A DNA stretch of 63,944 nucleotides, counting the filler. It is 4 parts of 4 records of this genome, joined end to end, with 100 filler letters (N's around TTAATTAATTAA, not from the genome) between each part and the next. Parts side by side here need not be neighbours in the genome. Positions count along the whole stretch, not along the records: positions 1 to 18,269 come from SRR20825019_338; 3 more parts are not named here. One strand, 5' to 3'. Shown here one piece after another: positions 1 to 13,694 of this stretch. The stretch's first letter is position 1; every line of letters starts with the position of its first letter. Both the position numbers and the translations under genes were made by a program. Under the pieces are notes generated by a model. The model saw only the letters and a list, made by a program, of their open reading frames with translations. It did not search any database and was not told the origin of the DNA.

Positions 1-1
1 T

Positions 2-145
2 ATTAAAATATATGCTGAAGAATTAGGCGGTACAGATGTAATAAGCGCAAACATTTATTCTTTAAACTCTAACTATATACTAAAGCCTTGTGAAATGCCT
101 GAACAGAAGGTATTGCATTTTCTAAACCATAAACAAGATTTATAA
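2..145 (+). CDS. 3' end of a hypothetical protein (partial)
   Basis: Open frame from the window edge, [20 protein letters not shown]...[21 protein letters not shown], with TAA at 143-145 just before queG. Confidence 0.6.
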   Translation: MKIYAEELGGTDVISANIYSLNSNYILKPCEMPEQKVLHFLNHKQDL

Positions 146-147
146 TT

Positions 148-1077
148 TTGAATACTAAAGCTCAATATTCTGCATTTATAAAAAATGAAGCTAAGAGATT
201 AGGGTTTATGTCTTGTGGAATTTCTAAAGCAGAATTTCTCGAAGCAGAAGCGCCAAGATTAGAAGAGTGGCTGTCTAAAAATAGACATGGTGAGATGCAG
301 TATATGGAGAATTATTTTGATAAACGCCTTGACCCTACTAAATTAGTTGAAGGCTCAAAAAGCGTTGTGTCTCTACTATTAAATTATTATCCTTCAGAAA
401 CTCAAACAGAAGAATCTTATAAGATCTCAAAATACGCTTACGGTACAGACTATCATTTTGTCATAAAAGATAAACTAAAAACATTATTACATAGCATTCA
501 GGAAGAAATAGGAGATGTTCACGGTCGAGCTTTTGTAGATTCTGCTCCAGTTCTTGATAAAGCTTGGGCTGCAAAAAGTGGCTTAGGCTGGATTGGTAAG
601 CATAGTAACTTATTATCTAAACAGGCAGGATCTTTTTACTTTATCGCTGAATTGATTATAGATTTAGAGCTAGATTATGATACGCCAGTTACAGACCATT
701 GTGGTACGTGTACAGCTTGTATAGACGCTTGTCCTACACAGGCAATTATAGAACCTTATAAAGTAGATGGCAGTAAATGTATTTCATATTTGACTATTGA
801 GCTTAAGAACGAAATACCTAATGGGTTTTCAAACCAAATGGACGATTGGATGTTTGGTTGCGATGTATGTCAAGATGTATGCCCTTGGAATAGGTTTAGC
901 AAACCCCACAATGAACCATTATTTAATCCACATCCAGAGTTGCTCACTAAATCTAAGAGTGAGTGGCAAGAATTAACAAAAGAGGTGTTTGCAGAGATTT
1001 TCAAGAAATCTGCAGTAAAACGAACTAAGTTTACAGGACTAAAACGGAATATTAATTTTTTGGATACCAATACATAA
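148..1077 (+). CDS. queG: tRNA epoxyqueuosine(34) reductase
   Basis: [28 protein letters not shown] and Fe-S motifs [13 protein letters not shown] and [12 protein letters not shown]. Confidence 0.95.
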   Translation: MNTKAQYSAFIKNEAKRLGFMSCGISKAEFLEAEAPRLEEWLSKNRHGEMQYMENYFDKRLDPTKLVEGSKSVVSLLLNYYPSETQTEESYKISKYAYGTDYHFVIKDKLKTLLHSIQEEIGDVHGRAFVDSAPVLDKAWAAKSGLGWIGKHSNLLSKQAGSFYFIAELIIDLELDYDTPVTDHCGTCTACIDACPTQAIIEPYKVDGSKCISYLTIELKNEIPNGFSNQMDDWMFGCDVCQDVCPWNRFSKPHNEPLFNPHPELLTKSKSEWQELTKEVFAEIFKKSAVKRTKFTGLKRNINFLDTNT

Positions 1078-1143
1078 TATAACAGAATTTTAAAACATCT
1101 TGTATTTTAAAACCCGTACATTTCATAAAAAAAAAAGAAAGAT

Positions 1144-1575
1144 ATGAGTATTTGGGATAAGTTTAAAGAGAAGACTTCAGAAGACTTTATTGATGATGTT
1201 GTTACAGAAGATAAAATGAAAGAAGATGTTTCTGAGGTTAGTGCAGAAGATGTTGAAGTTGTTATAGATAAAGAAGAAGCCATTAATAAAAAACTGTCTG
1301 GTAGTGCTTCTTTAAAAAAATATGTGGAGCTTGGTAGGTTAATGTTGGCTCTTATAAAAGATTCTTCAAGTGGTAAGTATAAACAAGTGCCTTGGTATAC
1401 AATTGCAACTATAGCATTCTCACTGCTATACGTATTAAACCCTATGGATATTGTACCAGACTTTATTCCTGGATTAGGGTATTTAGATGACATTACAGTA
1501 CTTTCAATTGGTTTAGGTTGGATAGAAAGTGACTTGCATAGATACTTAGATTGGAAACTTGAGAGCACCTCATAA
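1144..1575 (+). CDS. YkvA/DUF1232 family membrane protein
   Basis: Signature LLYVLNPMDIVPDFIPGLGYLDD. Confidence 0.85.
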   Translation: MSIWDKFKEKTSEDFIDDVVTEDKMKEDVSEVSAEDVEVVIDKEEAINKKLSGSASLKKYVELGRLMLALIKDSSSGKYKQVPWYTIATIAFSLLYVLNPMDIVPDFIPGLGYLDDITVLSIGLGWIESDLHRYLDWKLESTS

Positions 1576-1624
1576 ATAACCAAACATATTTCAAGCTTTA
1601 ATTTTCTTCGTCAATTAAGGTTGT

Positions 1625-1632
1625 TACATTTG
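1625..1632 (+). promoter_or_regulatory. Bacteroidota -7 promoter element upstream of maeB
   Basis: TACATTTG matches the TAnnTTTG consensus about 40 nt before the ATG. Confidence 0.55.
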
Positions 1633-1674
1633 TAATAGAGTATAAATACATATTTTATTCAACACCTATAGTCC

Positions 1675-3975
1675 ATGTCTAAAGAAAGCAAACGAAGAGA
1701 AGCCTTAGTATATCACGCCAAACCAACACCTGGTAAGATAAAGGTTGTCCCTACAAAAAAATATTCATCTCAGCGAGACCTTGCCTTGGCATATTCGCCT
1801 GGAGTTGCAGAACCTTGTTTAGAGATAGAAAAAGATAAGGAAAACGTATACAGATATACCACCAAAGGTAATCTTGTAGCTGTAATTTCTAATGGTACAG
1901 CAGTACTTGGTTTAGGTGATATAGGTCCAGAAGCTTCTAAACCAGTAATGGAAGGTAAAGGGTTATTGTTTAAAATTTTTGCAGACATAGATGTTTTTGA
2001 CATAGAGGTAGACACTAAAGATGTCGATGCTTTTGTTGAAACAGTAAAGAATATAGCGCCAACATTTGGTGGTATAAATCTAGAAGACATAAAAGCACCA
2101 GAGGCTTTTGAGATAGAACGAAGACTTAAGGAAGAGCTGGATATTCCTGTGATGCATGACGATCAACACGGCACAGCAATTATATCTGCAGCAGCTCTAA
2201 TTAATGCACTAGAGTTAGCAGACAAGAAGATTGAAGATGTAAAGTTTGTGGTATCGGGTGCTGGATCAGCTGCAATTGCCTGCCTTAATTTATACTTGTT
2301 ATTAGGTGCAAAACCAGAAAACATGTCTGTATTTGACTCTAATGGATTACTCCACTCTGAAAGAGGCGATATAACAATACAGCAAGAAAAATTCTGTTCT
2401 AAAAAAATGTACGGTTCTTTAGCCGAAGCGTTTGTTAATGCAGATGTCTTTTTGGGGCTTTCAGTAGGAAATATAGTATCTCCAGAGATGATAAAATCTA
2501 TGGCTAATGATCCTATTGTATTTGCTATGGCTAATCCAAATCCAGAAATAGATTATGATCTGGCTATAAGTGCACGCAAAGATATCATTATGGCTACAGG
2601 ACGTAGTGATCATCCTAATCAGGTTAATAATGTATTAGGCTTCCCATTTATATTTCGTGGCGCTTTAGATGTTAGGGCTACTAAAATTAATGAAGAAATG
2701 AAAATGGCTGCGGTAAAGTCTTTGGCTAAATTAGCTAAGGAGCCAGTTCCGGAGCAAGTTAATATAGCCTACGGAGAAACGCGTCTAAACTTTGGTAGAG
2801 ATTATATAATACCAAAACCATTTGATCCAAGACTAATTGCACAAGTGCCACCAGCAGTAGCAAAAGCAGCTATTAAAAGTGGAGTAGCCAGGAAAGAAAT
2901 TTTAGATTGGCAGAAATATGAAGACGAACTTTATGATCGTATGGGTAACGATAATAAGGTAACAAGGTTACTTCATAACCGTGCTAAAATGAATCCTAAA
3001 CGTATTGTTTTTGCAGAAGCAGATCATCTAGATGTACTAAAGGCTGCACAGATTGTTCATGATGAAGGTATGGGTATTCCTATTCTTCTGGGACGCCGAG
3101 AAGTTATTAAGGAATTAATGATCGAGTTAGATTTTGATTCTGAAGAGGTTACCATTATAGACCCAAAGTCAGATGAAGAGAAAGGTCACCTAGAAAATTA
3201 TGCCAACCAATTCTGGAAGGCTAGACAAAGAAAAGGGGTTACACTCTACGACGCTCAAAAGCTATTGAGAGAACGAAATTATTTTGCTGCCATGATGGTT
3301 CAGTTAGGAGATGCAGATGCTATGCTTTCTGGATACTCTAGAGCGTATCCTACTGTGGTGAAGCCAATTTTAGAAATAATTGGTAAGCTTAAAGGAGTAA
3401 CCAAAGTAGCCACGTGTAACTTAATGAACACCTCTAAAGGCCCAATTTTTATTAGTGACACATCAATAAATATAGATCCTACAGCTAAAGATTTAGCTAA
3501 AATAGCTCAAATGACAAACCATACTGTAAAAATGTTTGGGATGGAAGCTATTATAGCAATGGTTTCATATGCCAATTTTGGCTCTTCAAAAGATGCGCAC
3601 GCTACCAAAGTAAGAGAAGCTGTTGATTTGCTTCATAAAGTAGCTCCCGATGTAATTGTAGATGGAGAGTTGCAAGTAGATTTTGCTCTTAATAGAAAAA
3701 TGAGAGAGGAAAAGTTTCCATTCTCTAAATTATCCAATAGGAAAGTAAACACATTAATTTATCCAACGCTGGACTCAGCAAACGGAACCTATAAATTAAT
3801 AAAGGAACTTACTGGTGAAGATTCAATAGGCCCAATTATGATGGGGTTAGAAAAACCTGCACACGTTATTCAACTTGGGGCAAGTGTAGAGGAAATGGTA
3901 AATATGGCTGCTGTTGCAATTGTTGATGCACAGGATAAGCAAAAACGCCAGCAAATGAAATTAGAAATCCAATAA
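1675..3975 (+). CDS. maeB: NADP-dependent malic enzyme fused to a phosphotransacetylase-like domain
   Basis: [47 protein letters not shown]-terminal PTA-like domain ([14 protein letters not shown]); 766 aa. Confidence 0.95.
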   Translation: MSKESKRREALVYHAKPTPGKIKVVPTKKYSSQRDLALAYSPGVAEPCLEIEKDKENVYRYTTKGNLVAVISNGTAVLGLGDIGPEASKPVMEGKGLLFKIFADIDVFDIEVDTKDVDAFVETVKNIAPTFGGINLEDIKAPEAFEIERRLKEELDIPVMHDDQHGTAIISAAALINALELADKKIEDVKFVVSGAGSAAIACLNLYLLLGAKPENMSVFDSNGLLHSERGDITIQQEKFCSKKMYGSLAEAFVNADVFLGLSVGNIVSPEMIKSMANDPIVFAMANPNPEIDYDLAISARKDIIMATGRSDHPNQVNNVLGFPFIFRGALDVRATKINEEMKMAAVKSLAKLAKEPVPEQVNIAYGETRLNFGRDYIIPKPFDPRLIAQVPPAVAKAAIKSGVARKEILDWQKYEDELYDRMGNDNKVTRLLHNRAKMNPKRIVFAEADHLDVLKAAQIVHDEGMGIPILLGRREVIKELMIELDFDSEEVTIIDPKSDEEKGHLENYANQFWKARQRKGVTLYDAQKLLRERNYFAAMMVQLGDADAMLSGYSRAYPTVVKPILEIIGKLKGVTKVATCNLMNTSKGPIFISDTSINIDPTAKDLAKIAQMTNHTVKMFGMEAIIAMVSYANFGSSKDAHATKVREAVDLLHKVAPDVIVDGELQVDFALNRKMREEKFPFSKLSNRKVNTLIYPTLDSANGTYKLIKELTGEDSIGPIMMGLEKPAHVIQLGASVEEMVNMAAVAIVDAQDKQKRQQMKLEIQ

Positions 3976-3993
3976 TTAGCTGAGACATTACGT

Positions 3994-4023
3994 TTTGCGA
4001 TCTTAATAAATTTGCTACATTTG
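3994..4023 (+). promoter_or_regulatory. Bacteroidota -33/-7 promoter for ruvA-sprA
   Basis: TTTG at 3994-3997 and TACATTTG at 4016-4023. Confidence 0.6.
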
Positions 4024-4045
4024 GCAGTCTAAGTCTTCAGTTCAA

Positions 4046-4627
4046 ATGATAACCCAACTAGCTGGTCAATTAATAGAGAAAAACCCTACAAACATTATTG
4101 TAGATTGTGGTGGCGTCGGCTATTTTGTGAATATTTCATTGCACACTTTTGGCCTTATTAAAAATGAAGAACGCGTAAAGATTTTTACTCACCTACAAGT
4201 AAGAGAAGATGCGCATACACTATTTGGCTTTGCAGAAAAAGCAGAGCGAGAAGTTTTTAGATTATTAATAGGTGTTTCGGGTATTGGTGCAAGTACTGCA
4301 AGAACAATGTTGTCATCACTAACTCCGCAACAAGTTACAGAAGCTATATCTCAAGGAGATGTTGCAACTATACAATCTGTTAAAGGAATAGGGTTAAAGA
4401 CTGCGCAACGTGTTATTATAGATCTTAAGGATAAGATACTTAATGTTGTAGGCTTAGATGAAGTTTTGCCATCCCAAGGCAATACTCAAAAAGAAGAAGC
4501 GTTATCTGCTTTAGAAACCTTAGGATATACGAGGAAACAAAGCGACAAAGTCGTGGCAGGAATACTCAAAACAGATCCAGAAGCTTCCGTTGAAACTATC
4601 ATCAAACTAGCACTTAAAAAACTTTAG
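4046..4627 (+). CDS. ruvA: Holliday junction branch migration protein RuvA
   Basis: GVGY, VREDAHTLFGF, HhH motifs VSGIG and VKGIGLKTAQR, C-terminal ALSALETLGY. Confidence 0.96.
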   Translation: MITQLAGQLIEKNPTNIIVDCGGVGYFVNISLHTFGLIKNEERVKIFTHLQVREDAHTLFGFAEKAEREVFRLLIGVSGIGASTARTMLSSLTPQQVTEAISQGDVATIQSVKGIGLKTAQRVIIDLKDKILNVVGLDEVLPSQGNTQKEEALSALETLGYTRKQSDKVVAGILKTDPEASVETIIKLALKKL

Positions 4628-4632
4628 GCGAA

Positions 4633-7600
4633 TTGGCGAACTTCTATTTTAAAATTCCGGCTTTAAAAACAGCAATCCTTTTATTTGCTTTATTAGGTGC
4701 TTACTCTGTAACTGCACAAGAAGAAACAGAACAAGACTCCACTAGTACGGGATACTCCTTAGGAAAAATAGAACTTTCAGACCCCAATAGTATCTTAAAC
4801 AAATACACTTACGATGTAGATTTAGATCGTTATGTGTACACTCAAAAACTTGGAGAGTTTAATATCTCTTATCCCTTAATCTTAACGCCAGATGAGTATC
4901 AACGTTTAATATTTCAAGAAGAAATGCGAAAGTATTTCAATGAAAAATCTGATGCTTTAAGTGGAAAGAAAGAAGGAACGGAAGAAGAACAAAAAAACTT
5001 ACTGCCTAACTTTTATGTAAACAATAACTTTTTTGAAAGTGTTTTTGGAGGCAGAGAAATAGAGGTTATCCCAACAGGAACGGTCGAGGTAGATTTGGGT
5101 GTGCTTTATACAAAACAAGACAATCCGTCTTTTTCACCAAGAAACAGGAGTAACCTAACATTCGATTTTGACCAACGTATAAGTCTTAGTTTGCTTGGTA
5201 AAGTAGGAAAGAGGCTTCAGGTAACAGCAAATTATGATACAGAAGCTAGTTTCGATTTTCAAAATCAAATTAAGTTAGAGTATACTCCAACAGAAGATGA
5301 TATTGTAAGAAAAATTGAGATTGGTAATGTGAGTTTGCCGTTAAACAGTTCTCTTATACAAGGTGCACAAAGTTTATTTGGAGCAAAGGTTGAAATGCAA
5401 TTTGGTAAGACGACTATTACTGGTGTTTACTCTGAGCAGAATTCTGAACGTAACACAGTAAATGTTGAAGGCGGTGATGCCGTACAGGATTTCGAAAAGT
5501 TTATCTTAGATTATGATGAGAACAAACACTTTTTCCTTTCCCATTACTTTAGGGATACATATGATAGATCTTTAGCAAACTATCCATTTATAAACTCAAA
5601 CGTTCAAATTACAAGAATACAAGTTTGGGTAACTAACAGGACAAACAACACGCAATCCTTAGTAGATGCAAGGAACATTGTTGCAATACAGGATATTGGT
5701 GAGTCAGATCAAAATAATATTGGATTAGATAACCAACCAGCAGGTTTCGTTAATGAAGCGCCAGGCTCTTTTCCCGATAATGAAAATAACGACTTTAACC
5801 CTTTTGGTATTGGCAATCCTCAACAACAATCTATCTTAAACAATCAAATTAGAGATGTAGCTACTATAGGTCAAGGTTTTGGCACCCAAGTTACAGAAGG
5901 AAGAGATTACGGCGTTTTAGAAAATGCAAGACAATTACAAAATAACGAGTATACTATAAATACTCAATTAGGTTATATATCTCTTAACCAAAGATTGAGT
6001 AATGATGAAATTTTAGGTGTTGCTTTTCAATATACAGTTGGCGGCCAGGTATTTCAAGTTGGTGAATTTGCAAATGATGGTGTAGAGGCAACTGCATCTA
6101 ATCCAGATACAGATTTAGATGGTATTTTAGATAGTGTAGATGCAGATGTTGATGGTGATGGTACTAATGATAATGGCCAAGATACAGATGGCGATGGTAT
6201 TAATGACGCAAGTGATGTAGACCAAACCAATGGTCAAGATGCTAATAATGATGGTATAGATGATGCTGCTTTACCACCAAACATGTCTGCCATAGTTAAC
6301 CAGACGCTTGTTGTAAAAATGCTTAAAAGTCCTATAACTAATGTTAACGAACCTATTTGGGACTTAATGATGAAAAACATTTACAGCTTAGATGCGTTTG
6401 ATGTCTCTGCTGAAGATTTTAGATTCAATATATTATATACAGATCCACAACCATTAAACTATATACAATCTGTAGGTGCAGATCCGCTTCCAGATGATGT
6501 TGAGCAAACAACATTATTACGCGTTTTAAATCTTGATAAACTTAATGCCTACAATGATCCTGTTTTGGAAGGTGATGGCTTTTTTGATTATGTGCCAGGG
6601 TTAACAATAGATCCACAAAATGGTAGAATCATATTTACAAGTACAGAACCGTTTGGAGAATACTTGTTTAACAAGCTAAGATTAAATCCTTCAGAAGATT
6701 ATGATGATGAAATGGATGGCTCTGATAATGAGTTGCTAACTTATAACTCTAACCAAAGAGAATACGTATTTAAGAAACTTTATACCACAACTAAAATACA
6801 AGCAGAACAAGAATCTGCAGAAAAAAATAAGTTCCAACTTAAAGGACGCTACAAATCTAGTGGAGTAGACGGTATTCCAATTGGTGGTTTTAATATACCA
6901 CAAGGTTCTGTAACAGTAACTGCTGGTGGTCGTGTACTTCAAGAAGGAGTAGATTATGTAGTGAATTACCAATTTGGTCGCGTTCAAATACTAGATGAAT
7001 CTTTACTAGCATCAGATGTGCCTATTCAGATTTCAACAGAAAGTAATGCATTATTCGGACAACAAACTAAACGTTTTACTGGATTAAATGTTGAGCACCG
7101 TTTTAATGAAAACTTCTTAATTGGTGGTACATACCTTAACTTAAATGAGAGACCAATTACGCAAAAAGCCAACTATGGTTATGAACCTATAAACAATTCA
7201 ATTTATGGTTTCAATATTAATTACTCTACAGAAGTACCTTGGTTAACACGCTTTGCAAACCATTTACCTAATATTGATACAGAGGTAGAGTCTAATTTTT
7301 CAATACGTGGAGAGTTCGCTTATTTACAACCAGGCTCACCAAGTGGAGACAATTTTAGAGGAGAAACGGTAACCTATGTAGACGATTTTGAAGCGTCACA
7401 AACCTCTATTTCAATATTAACTCCATTATCTTGGGAATTGTCAAGTGTTCCTACAGGACCAAATGGTTTTGATGGTGGTTTCGGAAATGGAGATTTACGT
7501 GTAAATGATCGTCGCGCAAGAATAAACTGGTATACAGTAGATCCTATCTTTTATAGTAACCAGCGTCCAGATGGTGTGTCAGATGCAGATCTTTCAGATT

Positions 7601-10600
7601 ATAAAACCCGTCGTGTTTTTATTGATGAAATCTTTCCGGAAACAACTATTGTTCAAGGACAACCCCAAGTATTGTTTCCTATGGATATTGCATTTTATCC
7701 AGAAGAGCGTGGTCAATACAACTATGCAACTGGAGCCAATGGGACAAATACATTACCAAACCCAGAACAAAATTTTGGAGGAATTACACGTCAAATTACA
7801 AACACAAACTTTGAACAATCTAATGTAGAGTATATAGAATTTTGGTTACTAGATCCATTTATTTACGATGAAAACGCAGGAAGTACTGGTGGTACAATAT
7901 CATTTAACTTAGGTAGTATTTCTGAAGATGTACTTAAGGATGGAAGAAAACAATATGAGAACGGTTTGCCAGAAGATGGCGGTACAACACAAACCCAATC
8001 TACAGCTTTTGGAAAAGTACCACAAAACCAATCTTTAGTATATGCTTTTGATACAGAAGGACAAGCACGTGTTAATCAAGATGTAGGTTTTGATGGTTTA
8101 GATGATGCGGAAGAAGCTTCAAGATTTGGAGATTTTGCAGGTCTTGCAGATCCTTCAAACGATAATTACAATTATTTTTTGAATGCACAAGGTAGTATTA
8201 CAGAGCGTTACAGACAATATAATGGTACACAGGGAAACTCTCCAACAGATGTGTCTCAGGATAATAGAGGAAACACAACGTTCCCAACAGTTGAAGATGT
8301 GAATCGAGACAACACGATGAACACTATAGACAGCTACTTACAGTTAAATGTCCCAATTGCACCAAACCAGATGTCTCCAGATACAAATGAGTTTGTGACA
8401 GACGTTAGGGAATTAGATGTAAATACAGTTGATGGAGGTACGTTACCAACACGTTGGGTGCAGTTTAGAGTACCATTGCAATTTCCGCAAGATTCTAACG
8501 ATCCTTTAAGAGAGGTTGTTGGTGGTATTGGAGATTTAAGATCTGTACGTTTCATGAGAATGTTCTTACAGGATTTTCAAGAAAATATTCATTTAAGATT
8601 TGCAACATTAGATTTAGTTAGAGGAGATTACAGAAGGTATAATGTAGCAATACAACCAGATGGTAATAACCCTACAACAGATGATGCCTTATTTGAAGTT
8701 ACCTCAGTTTCAGAAGAAATGACTTCTAATTATGAGCCGCCACCAGGTGTAATTAGAGAAGAGTTTGTAAACAATAACCAGTCGGTTTTAGAAGATGAGC
8801 AATCTTTAGCATTAACTGTTTCAGGATTAAAACCTAATGATTCTAGAGCTGTTTATAAAAACTTCCAGGTAGATATGAGGCAGTATGAAAAACTTCAAAT
8901 GTTTCTTCATGCAGAGTCTTTACCAAACGAAACACCATTGGAGGATGATGAAATGGTAGCATTCATTAGAATGGGATTAGATTTTACAGACAACTTCTAT
9001 CAAGTTGAGATTCCATTAAAAGTAACAGCACCAAATGCTACAAATGCTGCTGAAATTTGGCCGTCAGAAAATGAACTTCAATTACCATTAGATTTATTAC
9101 AAACTGTAAAGGCTACTGTTTTAGGTAGTGATCAATTTGCCCAGACAGATTTAAATTTCTTTAATGAAAATGGAGAAGTATCTTTAGATAATGTTCCTGG
9201 TGAGTTAAGAGTGGGTATTAAAGGTAATCCGAGTTTTGGTAACGTTAGGGTTATTATGTTAGGTGTAAAAAATACAAATGACAATAATTTAGACGAAACT
9301 TCTGGCCAAGTATGGTTTAATGAATTAAGATTATCTGGTCTTAAAAATGAAGGAGGTTGGGCTGCTGTAGTAAATATGGATGCCAACGTAGCAGACTTCA
9401 TGAATGTTTCTGCCACAGGTAGACGAAGCACTGTAGGGTTTGGTAGTATAGAGCAAGGCCCTAACCAACGTAGCCGTGAAGACGTACAAAGTTATGATGT
9501 AACAACCAATGTAAGTGTAGGGCAATTGTTACCTAAAAATTGGGGAGTTCAAATACCATTTAATTACACTAGAGGAGAAGAGTTAATTACACCTCAATAC
9601 GATCCAGAATTTTTAGACCTAGAGTTAGATGATAGGATAGATGCTGCTCAAGATTCTCAAACAGCAGATGCAATTAAAGAGCGTGCAGAAGATTATACCA
9701 GAAGACAAAGTGTAAGTATAATTGGATTAAGAAAAAACAGAGTAGTCTCTACAGAACCAGGTGCAGAGCCAAAAACACCTATGCCTTACGATATTGAAAA
9801 TTTCACCCTTTCTGGCACATATAATCAAACAGATCATAGGGATTTTGAGATAGAAGAGTCTATAGATCAAAATGTAAGGGTAGGCGCCACTTATGAGTAT
9901 GCTGTTCCAGAAGTTACAATAGAGCCATTTAAGAAAATTGCTGTTTTAGATAGTAGTGCTTACTTTAAGCCAATTAAAGATTTTAACTTTAATCCTTTAC
10001 CTACAAGTATTTCTTTAGGATCTAATATACAACGACAATATAACAGACAGCGTTTCAGGTCGTTTTTGGGAGAAGGAAATATTATTCCGCAATTATACCA
10101 ACGTAATTATTTGTACGATTGGCAATTTGCACTTAATTGGAAACTCTCTAAGTCTTTAAACTTTAATTATACTACAGGAAATAATTTTGTAGTTAGAAAT
10201 TATGTGAATGATGATCTCACACAAGATCAAACTATAGGACTATGGGATGGATTCTTTGAAACAGGAACTCCTAACATACATACTCAAAATCTTCAGCTTA
10301 ATTATGAGTTACCTCTAAATAAGATACCATTACTGGAGTTTGTGAAGTCTACGTATAGTTATGAAAGTTCTTACCAATGGCAACGTGGTTCAGAAATTTT
10401 TAACAACCTACAAGATCAAGGAATTCCAAGATTAGGAAATACGGTTCAAAATTCTATGAAGCACGAGTTAAACTCGACTTTAGATCTACAAAGACTTTAT
10501 AATTATGTAGGTCTTAAAAAGAAACAGAAAAAAACTACTGCAAGACGAACATCTACCAATAGGAGAGATTTAAGACAAGGCCAAACAAGCACACCTAGAT

Positions 10601-12024
10601 TAGCTGCTCAAGGCAACCAAGATAATACGCCTTCTAATAAACTAAGTGGCGCAGATAAAGCTATTAATACAGGAATAGGTCTGCTTACAGCTGTTAAGAA
10701 ATTGCAGGTGTCTTACATCGAGCGTCAAGGTACATTCTTACCTGGATATACTCCAACAGTAGGATTTATAGGTTCTGTAAGACCAACAGTAGGGTTTACA
10801 TTAGGTAGCCAAAGAGATGTGCGCGAAGAAGCAGCAAGACGTGGTTGGCTTACATTATACGACCAGTTTAATCAGCAATATCAAGAAGTTGAAAATAGAG
10901 AGCTAAATATTCAGGCTACAGTAGATTTATTGCCAGATCTAAAAATAGACCTAAACGCTGCCAGAAATTATTCTGAAACTTTTCAAGAAAACTATAGAGT
11001 TACTGGAAGTGGCATTGGAGATTATCAATACAATTCCCTTACGCCAAATACCTTCGGAAACTTTAGTATATCAACAGTATTAATTGCCACAGCATTTTCA
11101 CAAAGTGACCAAGATTCATCTGAAGCATTTGATACTTTTAGAGAAAACCGATTAGTTGTAGCAAGACGATTAGCAGCACAAAATGGTCAAGACCCTACAG
11201 ATGTAGATGAGAATGGTTTCCCAAGTGGTTATGGTAGAGGTAATCAAGCTGTTCTGCTACCAGCATTCTTGTCGGCTTATTCTGGTAAAGATGTAAATAG
11301 TGTAAGTTTAGGTGCATTTAGAGATACGCCACTTCCAAACTGGACAATTAAGTATACTGGCCTTATGCGATTAAAATGGTTTAAGGATAACTTTAAACGT
11401 TTTTCATTAAATCACGCGTACAATTCTGTTTATACTTTGAGTCAATTCCAGACTAATATAGATTTTGATACAAATAATCCATTTGGAGATAATAATCGTG
11501 ACCAAGCCGGAAACTTTAAGAACAGGACATTATTTTCTAATGTGAATATTACAGAAGCATTTAGTCCACTGGTCAAAATAGATATGGAAACAAATAACTC
11601 TATCAAGATTTTAGCAGAAATTAGAAAAGATAGAGCACTATCATTAAGTTTTGATAACAATCTTCTTACAGAAATTAGCGGAAACGAATATATTGTAGGA
11701 CTAGGTTACAGAATTAAAGATCTAAAAATAGCGACTAGAGTTGCCGGTAAACGCCGTATACTAAGTAGTGACCTTAACTTTAAGGCAGATATTTCATACA
11801 GACGTAATAAGACTATTATACGATACTTAGATTTAGATAATAGCCAAACAACAGCTGGTCAAAACATCTGGACTATTAATTTTACAACAGACTATGCGCT
11901 TACTAAGAATTTAACAGCATTGTTCTATTACGATCATAGTTTTTCTACCTATGAAATTTCTACTGCATTTCCGCAGACAACAATTAGAGGTGGCATAACT
12001 TTGCGTTACAATTTTGGAAACTAA
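4633..12024 (+). CDS. sprA: Type IX secretion system outer-membrane translocon SprA/Sov
   Basis: 2463 aa with signal peptide, [34 protein letters not shown] and barrel end LRYNFGN; canonical ruvA-sprA-gcvH order. Confidence 0.95.
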   Translation: MANFYFKIPALKTAILLFALLGAYSVTAQEETEQDSTSTGYSLGKIELSDPNSILNKYTYDVDLDRYVYTQKLGEFNISYPLILTPDEYQRLIFQEEMRKYFNEKSDALSGKKEGTEEEQKNLLPNFYVNNNFFESVFGGREIEVIPTGTVEVDLGVLYTKQDNPSFSPRNRSNLTFDFDQRISLSLLGKVGKRLQVTANYDTEASFDFQNQIKLEYTPTEDDIVRKIEIGNVSLPLNSSLIQGAQSLFGAKVEMQFGKTTITGVYSEQNSERNTVNVEGGDAVQDFEKFILDYDENKHFFLSHYFRDTYDRSLANYPFINSNVQITRIQVWVTNRTNNTQSLVDARNIVAIQDIGESDQNNIGLDNQPAGFVNEAPGSFPDNENNDFNPFGIGNPQQQSILNNQIRDVATIGQGFGTQVTEGRDYGVLENARQLQNNEYTINTQLGYISLNQRLSNDEILGVAFQYTVGGQVFQVGEFANDGVEATASNPDTDLDGILDSVDADVDGDGTNDNGQDTDGDGINDASDVDQTNGQDANNDGIDDAALPPNMSAIVNQTLVVKMLKSPITNVNEPIWDLMMKNIYSLDAFDVSAEDFRFNILYTDPQPLNYIQSVGADPLPDDVEQTTLLRVLNLDKLNAYNDPVLEGDGFFDYVPGLTIDPQNGRIIFTSTEPFGEYLFNKLRLNPSEDYDDEMDGSDNELLTYNSNQREYVFKKLYTTTKIQAEQESAEKNKFQLKGRYKSSGVDGIPIGGFNIPQGSVTVTAGGRVLQEGVDYVVNYQFGRVQILDESLLASDVPIQISTESNALFGQQTKRFTGLNVEHRFNENFLIGGTYLNLNERPITQKANYGYEPINNSIYGFNINYSTEVPWLTRFANHLPNIDTEVESNFSIRGEFAYLQPGSPSGDNFRGETVTYVDDFEASQTSISILTPLSWELSSVPTGPNGFDGGFGNGDLRVNDRRARINWYTVDPIFYSNQRPDGVSDADLSDYKTRRVFIDEIFPETTIVQGQPQVLFPMDIAFYPEERGQYNYATGANGTNTLPNPEQNFGGITRQITNTNFEQSNVEYIEFWLLDPFIYDENAGSTGGTISFNLGSISEDVLKDGRKQYENGLPEDGGTTQTQSTAFGKVPQNQSLVYAFDTEGQARVNQDVGFDGLDDAEEASRFGDFAGLADPSNDNYNYFLNAQGSITERYRQYNGTQGNSPTDVSQDNRGNTTFPTVEDVNRDNTMNTIDSYLQLNVPIAPNQMSPDTNEFVTDVRELDVNTVDGGTLPTRWVQFRVPLQFPQDSNDPLREVVGGIGDLRSVRFMRMFLQDFQENIHLRFATLDLVRGDYRRYNVAIQPDGNNPTTDDALFEVTSVSEEMTSNYEPPPGVIREEFVNNNQSVLEDEQSLALTVSGLKPNDSRAVYKNFQVDMRQYEKLQMFLHAESLPNETPLEDDEMVAFIRMGLDFTDNFYQVEIPLKVTAPNATNAAEIWPSENELQLPLDLLQTVKATVLGSDQFAQTDLNFFNENGEVSLDNVPGELRVGIKGNPSFGNVRVIMLGVKNTNDNNLDETSGQVWFNELRLSGLKNEGGWAAVVNMDANVADFMNVSATGRRSTVGFGSIEQGPNQRSREDVQSYDVTTNVSVGQLLPKNWGVQIPFNYTRGEELITPQYDPEFLDLELDDRIDAAQDSQTADAIKERAEDYTRRQSVSIIGLRKNRVVSTEPGAEPKTPMPYDIENFTLSGTYNQTDHRDFEIEESIDQNVRVGATYEYAVPEVTIEPFKKIAVLDSSAYFKPIKDFNFNPLPTSISLGSNIQRQYNRQRFRSFLGEGNIIPQLYQRNYLYDWQFALNWKLSKSLNFNYTTGNNFVVRNYVNDDLTQDQTIGLWDGFFETGTPNIHTQNLQLNYELPLNKIPLLEFVKSTYSYESSYQWQRGSEIFNNLQDQGIPRLGNTVQNSMKHELNSTLDLQRLYNYVGLKKKQKKTTARRTSTNRRDLRQGQTSTPRLAAQGNQDNTPSNKLSGADKAINTGIGLLTAVKKLQVSYIERQGTFLPGYTPTVGFIGSVRPTVGFTLGSQRDVREEAARRGWLTLYDQFNQQYQEVENRELNIQATVDLLPDLKIDLNAARNYSETFQENYRVTGSGIGDYQYNSLTPNTFGNFSISTVLIATAFSQSDQDSSEAFDTFRENRLVVARRLAAQNGQDPTDVDENGFPSGYGRGNQAVLLPAFLSAYSGKDVNSVSLGAFRDTPLPNWTIKYTGLMRLKWFKDNFKRFSLNHAYNSVYTLSQFQTNIDFDTNNPFGDNNRDQAGNFKNRTLFSNVNITEAFSPLVKIDMETNNSIKILAEIRKDRALSLSFDNNLLTEISGNEYIVGLGYRIKDLKIATRVAGKRRILSSDLNFKADISYRRNKTIIRYLDLDNSQTTAGQNIWTINFTTDYALTKNLTALFYYDHSFSTYEISTAFPQTTIRGGITLRYNFGN
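6100..6270 (+). repeat. Acidic DxDxDG (thrombospondin type-3-like) repeat insertion inside sprA
   Basis: Translates [57 protein letters not shown]. Confidence 0.7.
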
Positions 12025-12053
12025 AAAATATAACTAACACTATAACTAATAAC

Positions 12054-12431
12054 ATGAATATCCCACAAGAATTAAAATATACCAAAGATCACGAATGGAT
12101 TAAGATTGAAGGTGATGTAGCAACTGTAGGTATTACTGATTTTGCTCAAGGCGAATTAGGAGATATCGTATATGTTGAAGTAGAAACTGTAGATGAAACT
12201 CTAGATAGAGAAGAAGTATTTGGTACGGTTGAAGCTGTGAAGACTGTTTCAGATCTTTTCTTACCGCTTACTGGTGAGATTATAGAGTTTAATGAAACGT
12301 TAGAAGACGAGCCAGAATTAGTAAACTCAGACCCATACGGAAAAGGCTGGATGGTTAAAATTAAATTTTCTGAAGCTTCAGAAGTAGAAGACTTGTTAGA
12401 TGCTGCAGCCTATAAAGAATTGGTTGGTTAA
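12054..12431 (+). CDS. gcvH: Glycine cleavage system H protein
   Basis: [23 protein letters not shown], lipoyl-Lys motif VEAVKTVSD. Confidence 0.97.
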   Translation: MNIPQELKYTKDHEWIKIEGDVATVGITDFAQGELGDIVYVEVETVDETLDREEVFGTVEAVKTVSDLFLPLTGEIIEFNETLEDEPELVNSDPYGKGWMVKIKFSEASEVEDLLDAAAYKELVG

Positions 12432-12834
12432 AAACGCCGTTCTATTAAGTATTGTTTTTACAATACTTGTAGCAATAGCTAGTTTAGTAAAACCTACTAG
12501 TTTTCCTAAAACTGGTGTGAGTTTTTCAGATAAGATAGCTCACACAGCCATATATTTTATTTTAACAATACTTTGGCTCTTCAGTATGATGAGGCAAAAA
12601 GTATCTCAATACCCATTTTCTAAAATAGGAATAGCAATTCTACTTCTTGTGATAGGTTATGGCATATTTATTGAGTTTTTACAAGATACGCTAACAGATT
12701 ATAGGTCTTTTGATTATTATGATATGTTAGCAAATACATTAGGTGCTTGTCTAGGTTTCTTAATTTTTAGAGGTTTTCAACAACAAATTGTGAACTTAAA
12801 AAGTGTTGAGAATTCCATGTTAGACAAAAATTAA
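12400..12834 (+). CDS. VanZ family membrane protein
   Basis: DKIAH...Y, IEFLQ...[11 protein letters not shown] motifs, hydrophobic; exact start uncertain. Confidence 0.85.
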   Translation: MLQPIKNWLVKNAVLLSIVFTILVAIASLVKPTSFPKTGVSFSDKIAHTAIYFILTILWLFSMMRQKVSQYPFSKIGIAILLLVIGYGIFIEFLQDTLTDYRSFDYYDMLANTLGACLGFLIFRGFQQQIVNLKSVENSMLDKN

Positions 12835-12866
12835 TTACATTAGCAATCCTTAAACACGAACGCATT

Positions 12867-13586
12867 ATGGAACCAAAGAAAAATCCAAAAGCAGACCTTA
12901 GAAAGAACAGCGTGCTGTACTTTCAAATTGGTCTAATTTTAATTTTATTCCTCACATGGCAAGCCATTGAGATGAAAACTTATCCAGACGAAATTGATAT
13001 AGGACAAGTTCAAGTAGATGATTTACTTGATGAAGATGTGCCTATTACAGAAATACAGAACACGCCACCGCCACCACCACCGCCACCGCCGCCAGCACCT
13101 GAAGTAATCGAGGTTGTTGAAGATGAGGCAGAGGTAGAGGAAACTATTATCGAGTCTACAGAAACAAACCAAGAGGAAATTGTTGAGGTAGAAGAGGTAG
13201 AAGAGGCAGTCGAAGAAGAAATTGCAGATGTACCATTTGCAGTTATCGAAAATGTGCCAATTTTCCCTGGATGTGAAGGTGAAACTAATAATGCAGCTCG
13301 TAAGAAATGTATGAGTGAAAAAGTTGACAAGTTTGTTAAACGTAAGTTTGATCAAGAACTTGGAGGCGAGCTTGGATTAAGTGGTATACAACGTATTTAT
13401 GTAGCTTTTAAAATTGATAAAAGCGGTAATATTACAAACGTACGTGCAAGAGCACCACACCCAAGATTAGCTAAAGAAGCAGAAAACGTTGTAAAAGCGT
13501 TACCTAAGATGACGCCAGGTAAGCAACGTGGTAAAGCAGTAGGTGTATTATATTCATTACCAATTGTTTTCCAGGTTTTAGATTAA
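12867..13586 (+). CDS. Energy transducer TonB
   Basis: MEPKKNPKADL start, TM helix, poly-Pro and Glu-rich linker, TonB C-terminal domain (VPIFPGC...PGKQRGKAV). Confidence 0.9.
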   Translation: MEPKKNPKADLRKNSVLYFQIGLILILFLTWQAIEMKTYPDEIDIGQVQVDDLLDEDVPITEIQNTPPPPPPPPPPAPEVIEVVEDEAEVEETIIESTETNQEEIVEVEEVEEAVEEEIADVPFAVIENVPIFPGCEGETNNAARKKCMSEKVDKFVKRKFDQELGGELGLSGIQRIYVAFKIDKSGNITNVRARAPHPRLAKEAENVVKALPKMTPGKQRGKAVGVLYSLPIVFQVLD

Positions 13587-13608
13587 TTCTAAATATACCC
13601 TAAATATC

Positions 13609-13646
13609 AAAATCCCGCCTTGTTTTCAAGAGCGGGATTTCTTTTT
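13609..13646 (+). terminator. Rho-independent terminator
   Basis: Stem AAATCCCGC...GCGGGATTT followed by CTTTTT. Confidence 0.7.
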
Positions 13647-13694
13647 GGTATGCTTGTTGATTCGGTTTTTATTGTAACATTAAAACCATTTATT

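Noticed and set aside
13063-13098. CCG/CCA trinucleotide run as a contingency repeat
   Set aside because: It encodes the normal TonB poly-proline linker with mixed codons.
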